A stretch of DNA of 63,935 nt, filler included, from Olpidium bornovanus S191 (GCA_017911155.1; 27 parts of 27 records of this genome joined end to end with filler, not necessarily neighbours in it); one strand, 5' to 3'. Numbered from the whole stretch's first letter, positions 49,460 to 62,718 are shown. Made by a program: numbers and translations. Notes: generated from the letters alone by a model not told the origin.

Positions 49460-50837
49460 TTACGCCATGAGACAGGGCCTGCCGGCTTCAACGAGGTGTT
49501 GGGTATCGGCGGAATCTCGTTGCCCGTTGCCCGAGGGCGTCACTGGAGCAGGTGCCGCCCTGTTGTGCGTCATGTGGCTTTTTACAAGGTGCCCCGCTGA
49601 AATGGTTTTGTCCCAGGTAAAATAAAAGAATAACAGAAGACTGTTAAAGGAGATCACTTCATTTTTAAACCAAAGCAGGAAATTCACAATCGAGGAAACG
49701 GGGGAGAAGCAGTTTCGGCAACGCGACAACGTACCCGCCAGCGCGGAACAAAGCGACAGTTCGCCGGCCATAACGGCCGCACAAATTATCCGCGCGAGCT
49801 GCCGAGAATTTTTGCCCGCCTCGGTTGGATGGGGACCCCGCACCCCCAGTAGGTCCAGGCAGGCCCCCTGCGGTTCTAGCTGAGTGCCGCCGCCGATAGT
49901 GCCGACCTCGATCGACGGCATGGTGCACGTCAGGTGCAAATCTTCGCCGTTGTTAGCCCTGGAGAGAGACCCCATCGCAATTTAGCGGAAGTGATGAAGG
50001 CGGATCAGAAACGTGACAGCAAAACTGACACGCAGTCAATCGAAGCGTGGTTCTTGCCAAAGGAGAACCAAAAAAAGGGGAAAACAAAAGCCGGCTCGCG
50101 CAAGACCCTGTTGGTAAACTCACGCCTCCATCAACGTAATGCAATTCGAACTCTCAACGTTCTGTGCCGGGTCCTGGCCCGTGGCGATGTACACCGCGGT
50201 TAGGATGTTGGCCGCGTGGGCATTGAATCCGCCGACGGAACCGGCCATGGCAGAGCCAACTAGGTTCTTGGAAATGTTGAGCTGGACCAGCGTTTCCACA
50301 GAGGTCTTGAGCACGCTGCGGACAACTGCACCGGGGACAACGCACTCGGCGACGACGGACTTTCCCCGACCTTCGATCCAGTTGATCGCTGCAGGCTTCT
50401 TGTCCGTGCTGCCAAAGCGGGAACAGTGTGTTCCCGAGGCAGACAATCGCATCGCAGACGGGGTCAGGTTCTGAAACAGCCGAGCGGCACGTTGAGCGAA
50501 CCCATCAAGCGCAAGCCATTGGCGTAGTTAGCCGTACCAGTAGTTTCCGGAGATCGAAATAACCCGCATGTCCGTAAACTTTTCGCCCATGACTGCTCAA
50601 AAATTTGGCGCGTTCCCGCAAAGTTCAACATCGGGATATTTCAAAAGCAGCAAGCAAACTTCCTTTGCACAACAAAGAAAAAGAAATGACAAGACGTACC
50701 TGCTAGCACCCGCTCCACACCCTTGGAAATCATGTTCATGCCCATGGCGTCCCCTGTTGCCGTCGAAAACCGGACGAACACTAGCCGGCCGGCGAGCGCG
50801 ACTTTGACGTTCCGGAGCCTGGCGAACCGGCTGGTGC
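49460..50837 (-). CDS. HMG1: Class I HMG-CoA reductase, catalytic C-terminus
   Basis: [97 protein letters not shown]. Confidence 0.97.
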
Positions 50838-51228
50838 NNNNNNNNNNNNNNNNNNNNNNNNNNNNNNNNNNNNNNNNNNNNTTAATTAATTAANNNNNNN
50901 NNNNNNNNNNNNNNNNNNNNNNNNNNNNNNNNNNNNNCATGACCCTGGGCAGACGGCAGGGCTGCTTCGCATATGCGGCGTGTTCGTGTTGACTCCGAAG
51001 GCCCTCGGACGGTGCAGTTGTCCCCTCCTCCGTTGGACGTGTCGGACATTTCGGAGGCGAGTTCGCGATTCGGCGGCACCAAGGCACTCGAAACCGTGCC
51101 GGACCTTCCGAACCATTCGACAACACCGCCGGAGCTGCTCAGATCCGCGAGTTTACGGTGAGAGCGCACCAGCAAACCGGTCTGCCTCGCTTTATCTTAC
51201 GTGCGTTTTAACGAGCCCGCGCCGTCGC

Positions 51229-53458
51229 ATGGACAGTCGGCGGGTCGGCGACGCGTTTCTCTCAGAGAGACGTGACCCCCCTACCAGCGGACGGCGAAGA
51301 ACCGTCTCCGCCGACGAATTGCTGGCGTACTACACCGATGACGACCCGACCTTTGCTTTGACCGCCCCGTCGGCAACGGTGTTGGAACCTTCGCCGGGTG
51401 CGAGGCCGGCTGCAGCCAAGGGCGTCCGAAGCGCGGGAGGTTTGGGCCCGGCCGACGGCAGCCGGCCGATGTCCTCGATCGAAGTGCCCGAACCGCGTCC
51501 GACGTTGGTAAACTTGCCCCCGCCGTCCGCGCAGGCCGTGCTTTCGCCGGCCAGCCTCCGCACTTGCGCCGGCTGCGGCGACGAAAGGGAAGACGCGATC
51601 GGGGAGGAGGAGGAGGGTACAATATACGAGCGACTGGCGGCGATCTACGGCTGGGCCGCTCCTCACCGTCCACCCCCAGCGCGGACGGGAGAAAGCTCGA
51701 ACCCGGCGGCGGCCCCGGCGCCCACTCCGTCTCCGTGGAACCGCAGGAGCGGTGACTACACCGGCCGACCCTCTAAGGCGCACGACACGGGCGTCGGCGC
51801 CGCGTCGCCCCACTTCTCGGCGCTCATGCGCGTCTCGCTGGACTCCGCCAGGAGCAAGTTCACGAACGCCGCCCGCTACGGCGGCGGGACGGCCGAGAAC
51901 TTGTTTTCCGGCTTGTCGACCGCCAGGTATTCCAGGTTCGGCGGGCGCGCGTCGGAAGCCCAGAACGAAGGTGGCTCGGTGGCCAACTCGGTGAAAAGGG
52001 TCTTGTCCACCCTCCTCAAGAACAGGTGCGGTGCTCTGTTCGGGTTCCGCGCCCTGCTCGGTGCGCCGCCGTCCGTCGTTTGATCTTTGTTATCTACTAA
52101 AATTCTCTTTCTCTCTTCCCCCCCCCTCCGATTTTTCTTTTGCCCCATCGCCTACGTCTGCGTGATGCAGGGTCCATACCGTTAGGAAACCGGATACAGA
52201 AGGGATGGGCAACCCGCGGAGCCGTGCTAACGTCAAGCAGCTCTCCATCTCCCTGCCTCAGTTCGACCCGCCCGAGCGAACCAACACCGGGAAAGATGCT
52301 AAACCTGTGCCCGCTGTGCCAGACGGTACGGAGTTCCCGCTGCCTGTTTTTTTAGTTGTGGGGAGAGCGGTGTACCGGGTCGGTTCGCCCGGTATTTACG
52401 GTTATGTGCGTGCGTCTATTAGAAAAGACGGCGGCACTACGGAGTACGCGCGGTTTCGCGTCCTTGAGGGCTCACGCCCGGACCGACGAAAAAGTGCTGG
52501 CATCGTTGCCGATGGACCCCGAGCGGCTACCGAGTAATAACGGCAGGAAGCAAAATGGGCAGGCACAAGACGATTGGCGGCCGGGGGCGGCGTCACCGCC
52601 GCCGATCCGACCTCTGAACGGGCACTATCCGCCGGCACTACTAAAGCCTCAGGGTCTGCCCGGGTCACAAAAGGCCGCCGCGAATTCCGTGGACGGCAAC
52701 GTCGGCGGGAGGTTTGCGGCGGAGGAACGCAATTCGACCGGCGAGAGGCAGCCCGTTTTGATGAACTCCGTCTTGCCGGGCGACCTGTACCAGAGGAGGA
52801 TGCAGCGTCTCGCGGCGAAGGACTCCGGCTCCGAACGCGACGATATTGCTCCGGCTGAACCGAGCGCTATTCCGCCGAACCTGCCAGTGGAGCCTCTGTC
52901 CGTGCACGCAGCCTCCGGTGCGGCGGAAACCCGTGAATGCGAGGCGGACGGGCCAGAGACGACCGAAAGCAGTGGTTTACGTACCTGTGACCAGCCAGAC
53001 CCCGAGGGTTTAACCGCTACTGACGGCCAGGCGGACGACGGCGAGGAATCTACCGGCGGCGGCGACACGCCGTATGTCCTCCCTCCGTTGCCCTTCACCG
53101 AACGACCCCTGTCCGGGATTAATATCCCTGGCCTGATGGACGCGCCGCCGGCAAACGAAACATGGCAGGCGGCTCGACGGGACAGGAAAAGCGCGGCGGC
53201 GAAGGCCCGCGCGCCCTCGCCGACTACGACGACAAAGCAGTCCGTTGACGGTCTGACGACGGAGATTTTCGACTTTCTGGCCGCCGATTCAAACGCTTTT
53301 ATCTTATACCCCGACAGCAGCTTGATGAGGTCGTCGGTTCTCGGTCAATACCCGCAGGCGGGCATGCCCGATCGGAAAATCATCATGGCGGCGACCGTCG
53401 AAAAATTGGTCGAGAGGTTGACGAGCATAGTGGGTGGGTGGTATTTCGACGTTTCCCC
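51229..53458 (+). CDS. RasGEF-family protein: long disordered N-terminus and start of the REM domain
   Basis: The last exon ends KIIMAATVEKLVERLTSI, typical of the REM/RasGEF_N start. Upstream exons have GT/AG boundaries. Confidence 0.7.
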
Positions 53459-53569
53459 NNNNNNNNNNNNNNNNNNNNNNNNNNNNNNNNNNNNNNNNNN
53501 NNTTAATTAATTAANNNNNNNNNNNNNNNNNNNNNNNNNNNNNNNNNNNNNNNNNNNNCATGACAGGGA

Positions 53570-54050
53570 GTCTGAGGGAAAAATTATAACGGAAATTTTG
53601 ACACAGAATCTGAAGAAGATCCTGAGTGAATGATTCTGACGAAGATTTGATGTAAAATCCGAGGGGAATTATGAAGCAGAATCTGATGAGGACTCTGGTG
53701 CAGAACCAGACGGGGATTCTGCAGCAGAATCTGAAGGAGATTCTGGCTGAAAATTTGATGGATGGCCACCTCTTACTTCTTAAAGAAGATTCAGACTCAA
53801 ACCGAAAAGATCTTGACCAGAGTTGGATTGAAATTCTGAAGCAGAATCTGGAGGGAATTTTGACGCAGAATCTGGAGGTGATTCTGACGCAGAATTTAAC
53901 GGGGAATCTGAGGGAATGATTCTGACGGGGATTCTGACTTGGAATCTGACAGGGATTTTGACACGGAATCTGATGGGGATTCTAAAGCAGGGATTCTGAC
54001 GCCAAATCTGATGGGGATTTGAGGCAGAATCTGACAGAGATTCTGACACA
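53570..54050. repeat. 12-bp-period minisatellite, consensus about GAWTYTGACRVG
   Basis: For example gattctgacggg/gattctgacttg/gaatctgacagg/gattttgacacg/gaatctgatggg from 53918. Confidence 0.88.
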
Positions 54051-54461
54051 TAGGAGAGGTGTTGGGAGACGTGCTGCGTAGCGAAGGTTAGACGTAGAGG
54101 TAGTGCTGCCTATCGTCGAGGCACCCGTTGTCTTGACACCGCACCTTAAACGCTTTTCCTCGAAGAGCCCGTTGAAGTGCTCTTCGACAGATTGGCCGGT
54201 GATAACTGACACGCTTCCCATAGCGCCCATATCGCCCATACCGACCTTATACCAATGCACTTTCGGTAGCCCTTGTAACAACTTGCTTCGATGTGCCCAA
54301 TGAACCGCCCGCCCCGGTGGGCTGGATGGGTCACATCGAAGCGCCCGCCTCGGTTGGCTGGATGGCTTGGGGTATAGAAACCCCTCCGGGGGGGGCGCCC
54401 ACAGGCGAATTCGCGCTTCGACCTCACACGAACAAACACCACAACAAACTAACACTTTAAA

Positions 54462-54663
54462 CCGCCTTGGGCCGCCTGCCGCGCCGTCCGCGCCGCCTGC
54501 ATCCACCCGCCGCGCCGTCCGCGCCGCCTGCATCCGCCCGCCGCGCCGTCCGCGCCGCCTGCATCCGCCTGCCGCGCCGTCTGCGCCGCCCGCATCCGCT
54601 CACCGCGCCGCTTCCACCGCCTTGGGCCGCCTGCCGCGCCGTCCGCGCCGCCTGCATCCACCC
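54462..54663. repeat. GC-rich 31-bp tandem repeat with a 155-bp higher-order period
   Basis: Unit gccgcgccgtccgcgccgcctgcatccrccc. The variant ccgccttggg recurs at 54462 and 54617 (155 = 5 x 31). Confidence 0.9.
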
Positions 54664-54763
54664 NNNNNNNNNNNNNNNNNNNNNNNNNNNNNNNNNNNNN
54701 NNNNNNNTTAATTAATTAANNNNNNNNNNNNNNNNNNNNNNNNNNNNNNNNNNNNNNNNNNNN

Positions 54764-56500
54764 CCGCTGCAAGATCGCTGTCCGCGACTCGGAGATCCTT
54801 CTTGAGCGTCTCGTTCTCGGCCATCAGACTGGACGTTTCCAGGCGCAGCTGCCTGTTCTCTTCCTAGGATTGGTATTTGCATGAGGAAACGCAGCATTGA
54901 TTACGCTTTACGAAGACTCTTTTAGGCCGCGCGAAGAAACGTCAAACCTGATAAGCGTGAAGTCGTGGGGTAAGTGCGGCTTTCATGATGGCTACTTTCT
55001 CCAATACCGCGCTGTGTTCCTTGGCCGTCCTGTCACGCTCTTCAGCCACTTTAACAAAATCGGACTGCAGCTTTTCCACGAGTTCCACGTGGTCTACATA
55101 TATGCAAAGAGCGCCATCAGCAAGCGAACCTTGTTCACCGTCGCCTATATTGCGGTTACCTTTCCGGCACTTCTCCCGGACATTTTCGATTGTAAGCATA
55201 TTACGTCCTTCGATTTCATCTCTCTGCCGAGCAAATGCGTTGGCGAGCCGTTCGACGGCGTTCTCGACTGCCGTTGGCCACCCCTTCTCTTGGAGATCCC
55301 CAAGCGGTCCACCGTTTGCCACCACTTCCAGCGCTTCGGGAAGCTGGCTGCAAATCGTGGAGAACTGGTGCCGTATAGCTGCATGACGGACAAGTTCCAA
55401 CAAACAATGAATCAATGGCACAATTCCGCGTCATACTAGTCCCGATTGCGGGTGTTGCCTGCAAAAACCATACTCTGCAGTTCAGATTCTAGCAGTGCAA
55501 TCTGTTCCAGGTAGCCTTGATAGCTGTTATCGATTATCTTTATTTGGCAGTCCTGACCCTCGGACGGCTTCTCGACCCTCTCCGTCGTGAACGGCTTCAT
55601 ATCCCGCTCTAACAAGCAGTTATTGCCGACCGTTTCATTAAACGCCGGCCTCCCCTTGTCTACATCCTCCCTTGATAGCTGCAAGGCTTCCAGTGCGTTT
55701 TTCAACTTCTCACACTCTTCTTCCGAAACGCGCAGTTGGGCCTGAAGCGCATATGACGCTTTCTGCGCGGCATCTTCCTGTTGCTGGAGCTTGATTGTGT
55801 CCTCCTCGTGTGTTGCCTTGTACGCAGCGACAAGCTGTGAAAGTTCTTCCTGCTGCACGTCCGCTAGCTGTTGCAAAGTCGTCTCTGCGTTCTTCACCTG
55901 TTCCTCCAGCTCAATTATGCGCGCTTTTAGAGTCTCAGTGTCGGCAAGCTGTGTTTGCACGGCATCCAGCGTGCCTTGCAGACGCAAATTTTCTCTATGC
56001 TGGGTCTCGGCCTTTTGCGTTACGTCTACGAGTTGGGTTTGGAGGCGCTCAGCCCAGTCACTGAGGGCAGATTCACGGTCCGACGCTAATTTTTCCACTG
56101 CTGCCTTCTCCGCTTGCAAGATAGCGACGCGTTCTTCGCACCGACGTGAAGCCTCAACTTCGACAAAAAGTTGTTTTGGCAGGTAGGGTTGGCTTCGATG
56201 TTGGAAGAGTTATGAAAACCGCACATCCTTCGCATAACTGACGTCCTACCTGCAAAGTCGTCGCCGCCTTCGTCACTTATGCGGGCCCGGATCCTCTCCA
56301 ACTCCCTCTGCAGGCTTTCCGCCCGAGCATAATTTTCCTCCGCGGACTGCGCTAGTTGCGCATTCTCCGTCGCAAGAGTTTTTAAATGAGTGCCCGCAGT
56401 GAACAGCTTCTCTTCCAACAACGAGACGCGGGCACGCGCCCGTATGAGTTCCTGCGCATTCTCCGTGGAGTCGAGCTTGCAAGAGCACGGCCAATCAAAA
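54764..56500 (-). CDS. Long coiled-coil protein (multi-exon fragment)
   Basis: Successive E/Q/K/L heptad-rich exons, for example LKARIIELEEQVKNAETTLQQLAD and VDHVELVEKLQSDFVKVAEERD. Family not identified. Confidence 0.7.
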
Positions 56501-58546
56501 CGTGATCAATACTCGAGATGCCAAATAACGCGTGTGGCCGGAAGCCGAGCTGGCGGCGCAAAACACGTCGCCAGCGGCCGTAGCTCTGCTCACCTCCTCG
56601 CGTAGATTCTCTTTACGAGGTTGGTTTGGGTTCACTAACAACGCTTCGCGCAGAGCTCGCGGTTAAGCATCTATATCGGGTTAAGCCGTGCGTCGCCGCC
56701 ACGTCCTTGCTTCTCTCTCACCATTATCGCTAGCCACCCGGCGGCTTTCCGCGGTTGCTGTCTTGAAAACGGGGCCGGCGTTTTCCTCAAACGAGGAATT
56801 CAACCTCGGCGATGTCCTGCTGGCCATGCCGCCCAGGTCCGCACTTACCATGCCGCAGCAACAACGCGGGAACCCAAGGCGATAGCCAGCAGGCGTTGGT
56901 TATTACTGAGTTGTTATGTTTGGCGAAAGAGGTAAAGGCGACCGGACTATTCCAGAGTTTTTGGTCGTACCGCGCACGCAAAAGTGGTTCGGGCGTTTTT
57001 TCCCTGCGGAGTTCCAGCGCCCCACACGCCCCGGATGCAAATAAAATCGGAAAAAGCACTCGTAAGAAAACTTCCTGTCCTAAAGAAGATTTCCCCTTGT
57101 CTTTGTCATCCTGGCTCTCCCGCCACCCTCCCCAACCACCTTCCCATTTTTTTCATCCACCCCGTCTGCCGCTGCGATCGACCTCATCGATCCCCCGCCG
57201 CTTGCTCCGCTTTTGACCATCGCTTGGTCGTATTCGATTCTGTTTCACCTTGACCTCGGCTGATGCTGTCGTCGCCCCGCTGCCGGGCCGCCGGGGCCGA
57301 CGCAGTTTGGAAGGAACGCCCGCTCCCGTGAACAATCAGCATTATTCCTAAATGTTTTGCCGAACAAAAAACGCGCTGTTTTCGACCCGCCGGGACATTT
57401 AGGGAGAACCTTGTTTTCGGATCAAAAACAGGGTGTAAAGCTGCTTTTATTCTCGACCAAGGTCGTCGACGGGATACTCGAAACTCAAAAGGCGTACGAA
57501 ACAAAGTCATTCTGCGAGTTTTTAACGTGGGAACTGAAACGTCAGAAAGTACTGCCAGGGGGTGTTTAACTCGAGAGAAGTGGCCAGTACGGTGCAAAAA
57601 GGGTGTGGGGAAAACCTCCCGCTAGCCCTGCCCATGAACNNNNNNNNNNNNNNNNNNNNNNNNNNNNNNNNNNNNNNNNNNNNTTAATTAATTAANNNNN
57701 NNNNNNNNNNNNNNNNNNNNNNNNNNNNNNNNNNNNNNNCATGCCAACGAATAATCGTTTCGGGTGCCCCTGAGATCTCAGCGGCTTCGCTGCCGCTTGA
57801 CTGCGGTCCACTTTCCCCTAGATCTCATCCTAGAGTGTTTTTTTTTGTTGTTGGTTCGCGCGCGACAGAGTAAAGCTTCGGCCCCCGCGCTGAATTCATA
57901 TACCTGAGAATCAATGAATTAACGGGCGCGCAAGTTAGTTATCCTGCTCACGGGCGCGCCGGATAGAATTTGCCATTCTTAGTATTATTTATTCGATTAG
58001 TAGAAGTTGATATATTCAGTAGTATTGATTATTAGTTTAGTTTTAATACTTTTTTTATACTAATATTAGTGGTTAATATTTTATTGCGTATTATACACGT
58101 TACCATAATAATATGTTCACCGACTTCTATCGGGGCCTCGACGAGTTCGCCATCTGGCGGCGATTCCAGGCGGGAGTGAGGTCCGAGGTGTTCGTGATAT
58201 CTACGTGGGGCCAGCATCGTCTGGAGTCTACTCGCGCACGCGAAAACGTCCGCGAGCGGCCCGGCCCGCACGGCCCGCCGTTGCGCGGCTGCGAGGGCCG
58301 GAGAGGCCGCCCACCTCTCTTTCCTCCGCCCACCCACCCTGGGTCCTCCTCCCGCTTCCCTGCGAGAGGGCGGCGGAGCGCCGCCGAAACCGGCGGGCAG
58401 GACCGCTGGGAGGTGGTGCGAAGGCCGTCACGCGGTCGCTTGGCCGTAAAGCGTGAAAGAGAGAACGCCGCTCCGCGTCCTCCGGTCCTCTCCGCCTGCT
58501 GCCTGTCGCGGCGGCCCGGGCGCCCGCAGGACATTATTATATATAT

Positions 58547-60986
58547 ATGACTGTCGGGCTGGCGGCAGAGCGAGCCCGCGATGCCAATTCTCACTCGCTC
58601 TCCGCGCCGGCGCGGTTGCTCGCGTGGGTCGCGCTGCTGTACTTGGCCGGGCTCTACTTCTTCACGAGCGGGTTCCTCCTCACCCGCCTGCGCCTGGAGA
58701 ACGCCAGCTCGTGCGCAGCCGTTCCCGGGCCAGGTTACGCCAATCGCAGCGAAGCGGAACCGGCGGCGGGCGGCGGAGGCGCGGCGGAGTGCTGGTACCC
58801 CGCGCGGTTCAAGAAGGTCGTCGTGCTCCTCATCGACGCGCTCCGGTTCGACTTTGCGGCGTACGACGATGGCGGCGCCCCGGCGTCTGCCGAGCGGTAC
58901 CGGAACCGGCTGAAGACGCTGCACCGCAAGCTGCGGGAGGAGCCGTATAATTCTCTCCTCTTCCAGTCGATCGCCGACCCCCCCACGACCACGCTGCAGA
59001 GGCTCATGGGGATCACGACAGGGACGCTTCCCACGTTCGTGGACGCCGGGAGCAACTTTGCCGGGCAGGCGCTGGGCGAAGACAACATCATCGACCAGCT
59101 TGCCGCGCTCGGGAGGAGGATGGCCTTCCTCGGCGACGACACGTGGCTGGCCCTCTACCCGGACGCGTTCCGGATCAAGCACCCCTACCCGTCGTTCGAC
59201 GTGTGGGACCTGCACTCGGTCGACGACGGTGTGCTGAAACACCTGTTCCCGCTGCTCGACAGGCCGGGAGATTGGGACGTGCTCGTCGCGCACTTCCTTG
59301 GCGTCGACCACTGCGGCCACCGCTACGGGCCCGACCACCCCGCCATGCAGGAGAAGCTGGACCAGATGGACGAAGCCATCGCGCGGGTCCTTTGGCGGGT
59401 GGACGAGGACGCGCTCGTCGTCGTCCTCGGCGACCACGGGATGGACGGGAAGGGCGACCACGGAGGGGACAGCCCGCAGGAGGTGGAGACCGCACTGTTC
59501 CTGTACAGCAAGACGCCGATCGTCTCGCGCGAGGAAGTCCGCGTCGCGGCCGGAGACGGCCGCCTGTCCGGGACGACGTCGGTCCGCCGAATTCTGCAGA
59601 GGGCGGACGAGCAGGCCGGCTGGAAATCCTACACGCAGCTCGGCGGCCACCGGACGGTCGCGCAAATCGACCTGCTGCCGACCCTGAGCCTCCTGCTCGG
59701 AGCCCCGATACCTTTTAACAACCTCGGCTCGGTGATTCCCGAGCTCTTCACCGCGCAGGCCCGTCGCGCCACCGCGTTCCCGGGGATCGGCTCCGGCCTG
59801 CCCGCTCTCCTGGTCGCCCTTCGCCTGAACGCCCGCCAGACCCACCGGTATATGTCCGAGTACCAGGCGTCACAGCCGCGCACGGAACTGGCCGCCGCGT
59901 ACAGGGATCAGCTGCTCCCGCTGTTTTCTGAGGCGGAGGAGCTTGCGGCAAAGGCGATTTCGGCGCGGTCGCCGCCTGGTACCACGGAAGACCGGTCCGA
60001 CGGCGAAGCGTTAGCCGAGGACGCCGCCGTCGCGTACATGGTTTACCTTCGGAAGACCCTGAAGGTCTCCCAGCAGGCGTGGGCGCGGTTCAGTCCCGGA
60101 CGAATGGGACTCGGGCTGGCTGTGACGGTCGTCGCCTCCATTGTCGCCGCGTGTCTCGTGCGGGAAACCGGGGCCGAACCGCCGAACCGCCCGGAGGATT
60201 TGTTGGAAGGGGTCGGCCTGGGCCTGGCGTTGGGCGCCATGTCGGGTCTACTGGTATCGGCGACCGGACTTTGCGCAGCGCTTGGCTTCGGCGCTGTGGA
60301 CGCCGCTGCTGCAGGGGCCACGGTCGCGTCTGTCCTTGCCTTTTTGCGGAATCTGCTCCGATCAAAGGTCACGCCGCCGGAGTCGCGATCGCCGCCGGCC
60401 GCCTTCGCCGGCTGTGTTGTCAGCACCGCCGCCGCCGCTGTGAACCGGCCGCTGTGCGCCTTCAAGTCATTTTTACGAGGGGTCATTCCGCTGCTGCCGG
60501 CGTTTTTGATTCCGGCCTCGAACAGCCTCGTCATCCACGAGGACAAGATCACCTCGTTTCTCTTGCAGACCTTCGGCGTCAGTCAGCTGCTGCGCTCTTT
60601 CACGGCTCACACTCGGCGAACCGCCCGGCGGATGCGGCTGTACGCTTTGGTCTTCCTCGTGATCACTCGATTGAGCGCAGCAGTGACGATCTGTCGGGAA
60701 GAACAGATGCCGAGCTGTGTGCCGACGTTCTACGCGACCGCCGCGTCCGCCGTGCCATCGGGCTTGTCCGTCGCCTGCCTGGGGGTCCTTGCCGCTCTGG
60801 CGCCGCTGCCGCTGAAGCGCGTGCTGCGCGACAGCCAGAACTTCCACGGCGCGGCTGCGATGTGGATCGACGTCGGGCTCCGCGTGGTGCTGGGCCTCTG
60901 CGCGGCGTATCGGCTGCTGGATGTCTTCTGGGAGGCGGAACACCGGGAGGTCAAGGTCGCGATAGCTCGCGTGGCGGCAGGAGCCG
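58547..60986 (+). CDS. GPI13: GPI ethanolamine-phosphate transferase 3 (PIG-O), intronless as far as visible, 3' truncated
   Basis: FFTSGFLLTR, VVLLIDALRFDF, ADPPTTTLQRLMGITTGTLPTFVDAGSNF, HFLGVDHCGHRYGPDHPAM, GDHGMDGKGDHGGDS, then multiple transmembrane segments. Confidence 0.97.
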
Positions 60987-61620
60987 NNNNNNNNNNNNNN
61001 NNNNNNNNNNNNNNNNNNNNNNNNNNNNNNTTAATTAATTAANNNNNNNNNNNNNNNNNNNNNNNNNNNNNNNNNNNNNNNNNNNNAAAAAAAAAAAACA
61101 AAAAAAGAGAGAGATAGAGAAAATACATGCTTTAGATATGGCGCGAAGGATCTTCCGGTTTACACCATACGTTTGGCCATAGGGGGACGCCACCGTATCC
61201 TACTGGCTCCAATCGATGCACACACACACACACTTCCCCAGCCGCTCGACCGACAGACCATCCCAGGCGCATCAGCGACGACGGGAAGGGTGCGTATGCA
61301 ACCCTGGAGGCAGGAGAGGGCTTTGCGTTGCTCTGAGTTCCGAAAACGGCCCCGGAAATTTGGCTGCGGGAGCCCGAACCACGGACACGGCGGGCGCCAC
61401 AGATAGCATGGCTGACAACAACCCGGAAGCGCTCTCGACGTCCGGACCAGGGGTTTTCGAGCACGCTCTTTGTATGCGGCTGTTCTGGCAAGCACCGGCC
61501 GGGTGGTATGCCACTATTATTTCCCTCGGGGGTCGCGTGAACTGCCTCCTGCGCCATTTCGGACGCAACACTGAACCCGGGCGTTTCTTGACAGCCCAGC
61601 CGATGGAGATCGAAGTAGGC

Positions 61621-61784
61621 GCGACGCTCCGCACGTGGCCTACCTGGCCAGCTCGAGCGAGCGCGGGATTTCACTATCGCTTTCCTCGAGGGCCGCGTGA
61701 TAGACGCGACGCTCCGCACGTGGCCGACCTGACCAGCCCGAGCGAGCGGGGTTTCAATATCGCTTCCCTCGAGGGTCGCGTGAC
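61621..61784. repeat. Two-copy 85-bp-period tandem duplication
   Basis: gcgacgctccgcacgtggcc.acctg.ccagc.cgagcgagc...tttca.tatcgctt.cctcgaggg.cgcgtga starts at 61621 and at 61706. Confidence 0.9.
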
Positions 61785-61812
61785 GCGGCCCGTTGCGCCG
61801 CGTCGGACGCAA

Positions 61813-61869
61813 AATGCCAAGTTCAGTACGTGATCAATCACATACCGTTCACGTACTGAACCTGGCGTT
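61813..61869. repeat. Inverted repeat / stem-loop (about 21-bp stem, 15-nt loop)
   Basis: CCAAGTTCAGTACGTGA (61817-61833) pairs with TCACGTACTGAACCTGG (61849-61865) with one mismatch, and the stem extends by about 4 bp. Confidence 0.85.
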
Positions 61870-62669
61870 ACTCTCGCGGCATTCCTTGACGGCCGCGGGA
61901 TGTAGGTTTCACGGCAAGCGTCGTTGGCGGGTGTGTGAACAATAGCGAGGTCCATAGCGATTTTGTAAAGGGAAGCGTTATTGTTCACACCATATGTGAA
62001 GCATTTTGAAACTCCACAAAAAAAAGGTTAAAAAGAAGAACGGTAACGAGAGTCGAATCTGCGCTCTGCTAATAGCACAAAAAAAGGAAAAAAAGATGGA
62101 AAGCTGCTATTTGTTTCACATGGTGGGAAAGAGGAGGAAGGGAGGCAGAGCGGGGAGCGGGGTCGTCCGAAACCGGGGGCGGTAGGTGCGGGGCGCGCAG
62201 GAAACGGGAGGAAGGAAGTGGCGGGTTGGCTGTTTCGCGTAATGGGCGTTTATGGATTTTGCTTTCTGGGGGAGAGGAACGTTCGTCGTTTGCGGGGGGC
62301 GCGTGGGGTCGGGAAAGAAGCAGAAGAAGACGGCTGTTTCTTTCCAGGCCGGCGGCCCCCCCCCCCTCTTTTTTTTTCTTTTATTTTTTTTTTATTTTTA
62401 TTTTTTTTATTTTCTGGAGAAGGGCGCGGAGGGGGGAGGAGGGCAGGCGCCGCTCTTTTTGGTTGCCAGGGCAACGCGCCGGCGCTCCGGCGCTCCGCTC
62501 CCCCACACGCACGCACGCACGCACGCACGACCCCGGACCGCGCCGAGAGAGGCGATGCCCGCTTTCCCCAGCGCTCGCGCCTTTTCCCCCACCCCGCCGC
62601 CACTAATGGTCCGGCCGGAAGGCGAGATTCCCGGCACACCCTCTCCCCCTCCCTTCGCCTCGGCCACCT

Positions 62670-62718
<49 letters not shown>

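Noticed and set aside
58127-59845. Long antisense ORFs over GPI13, ClpX, PRP22 and SMS
   Set aside because: They are expected shadows of high third-position GC and carry no independent motifs.
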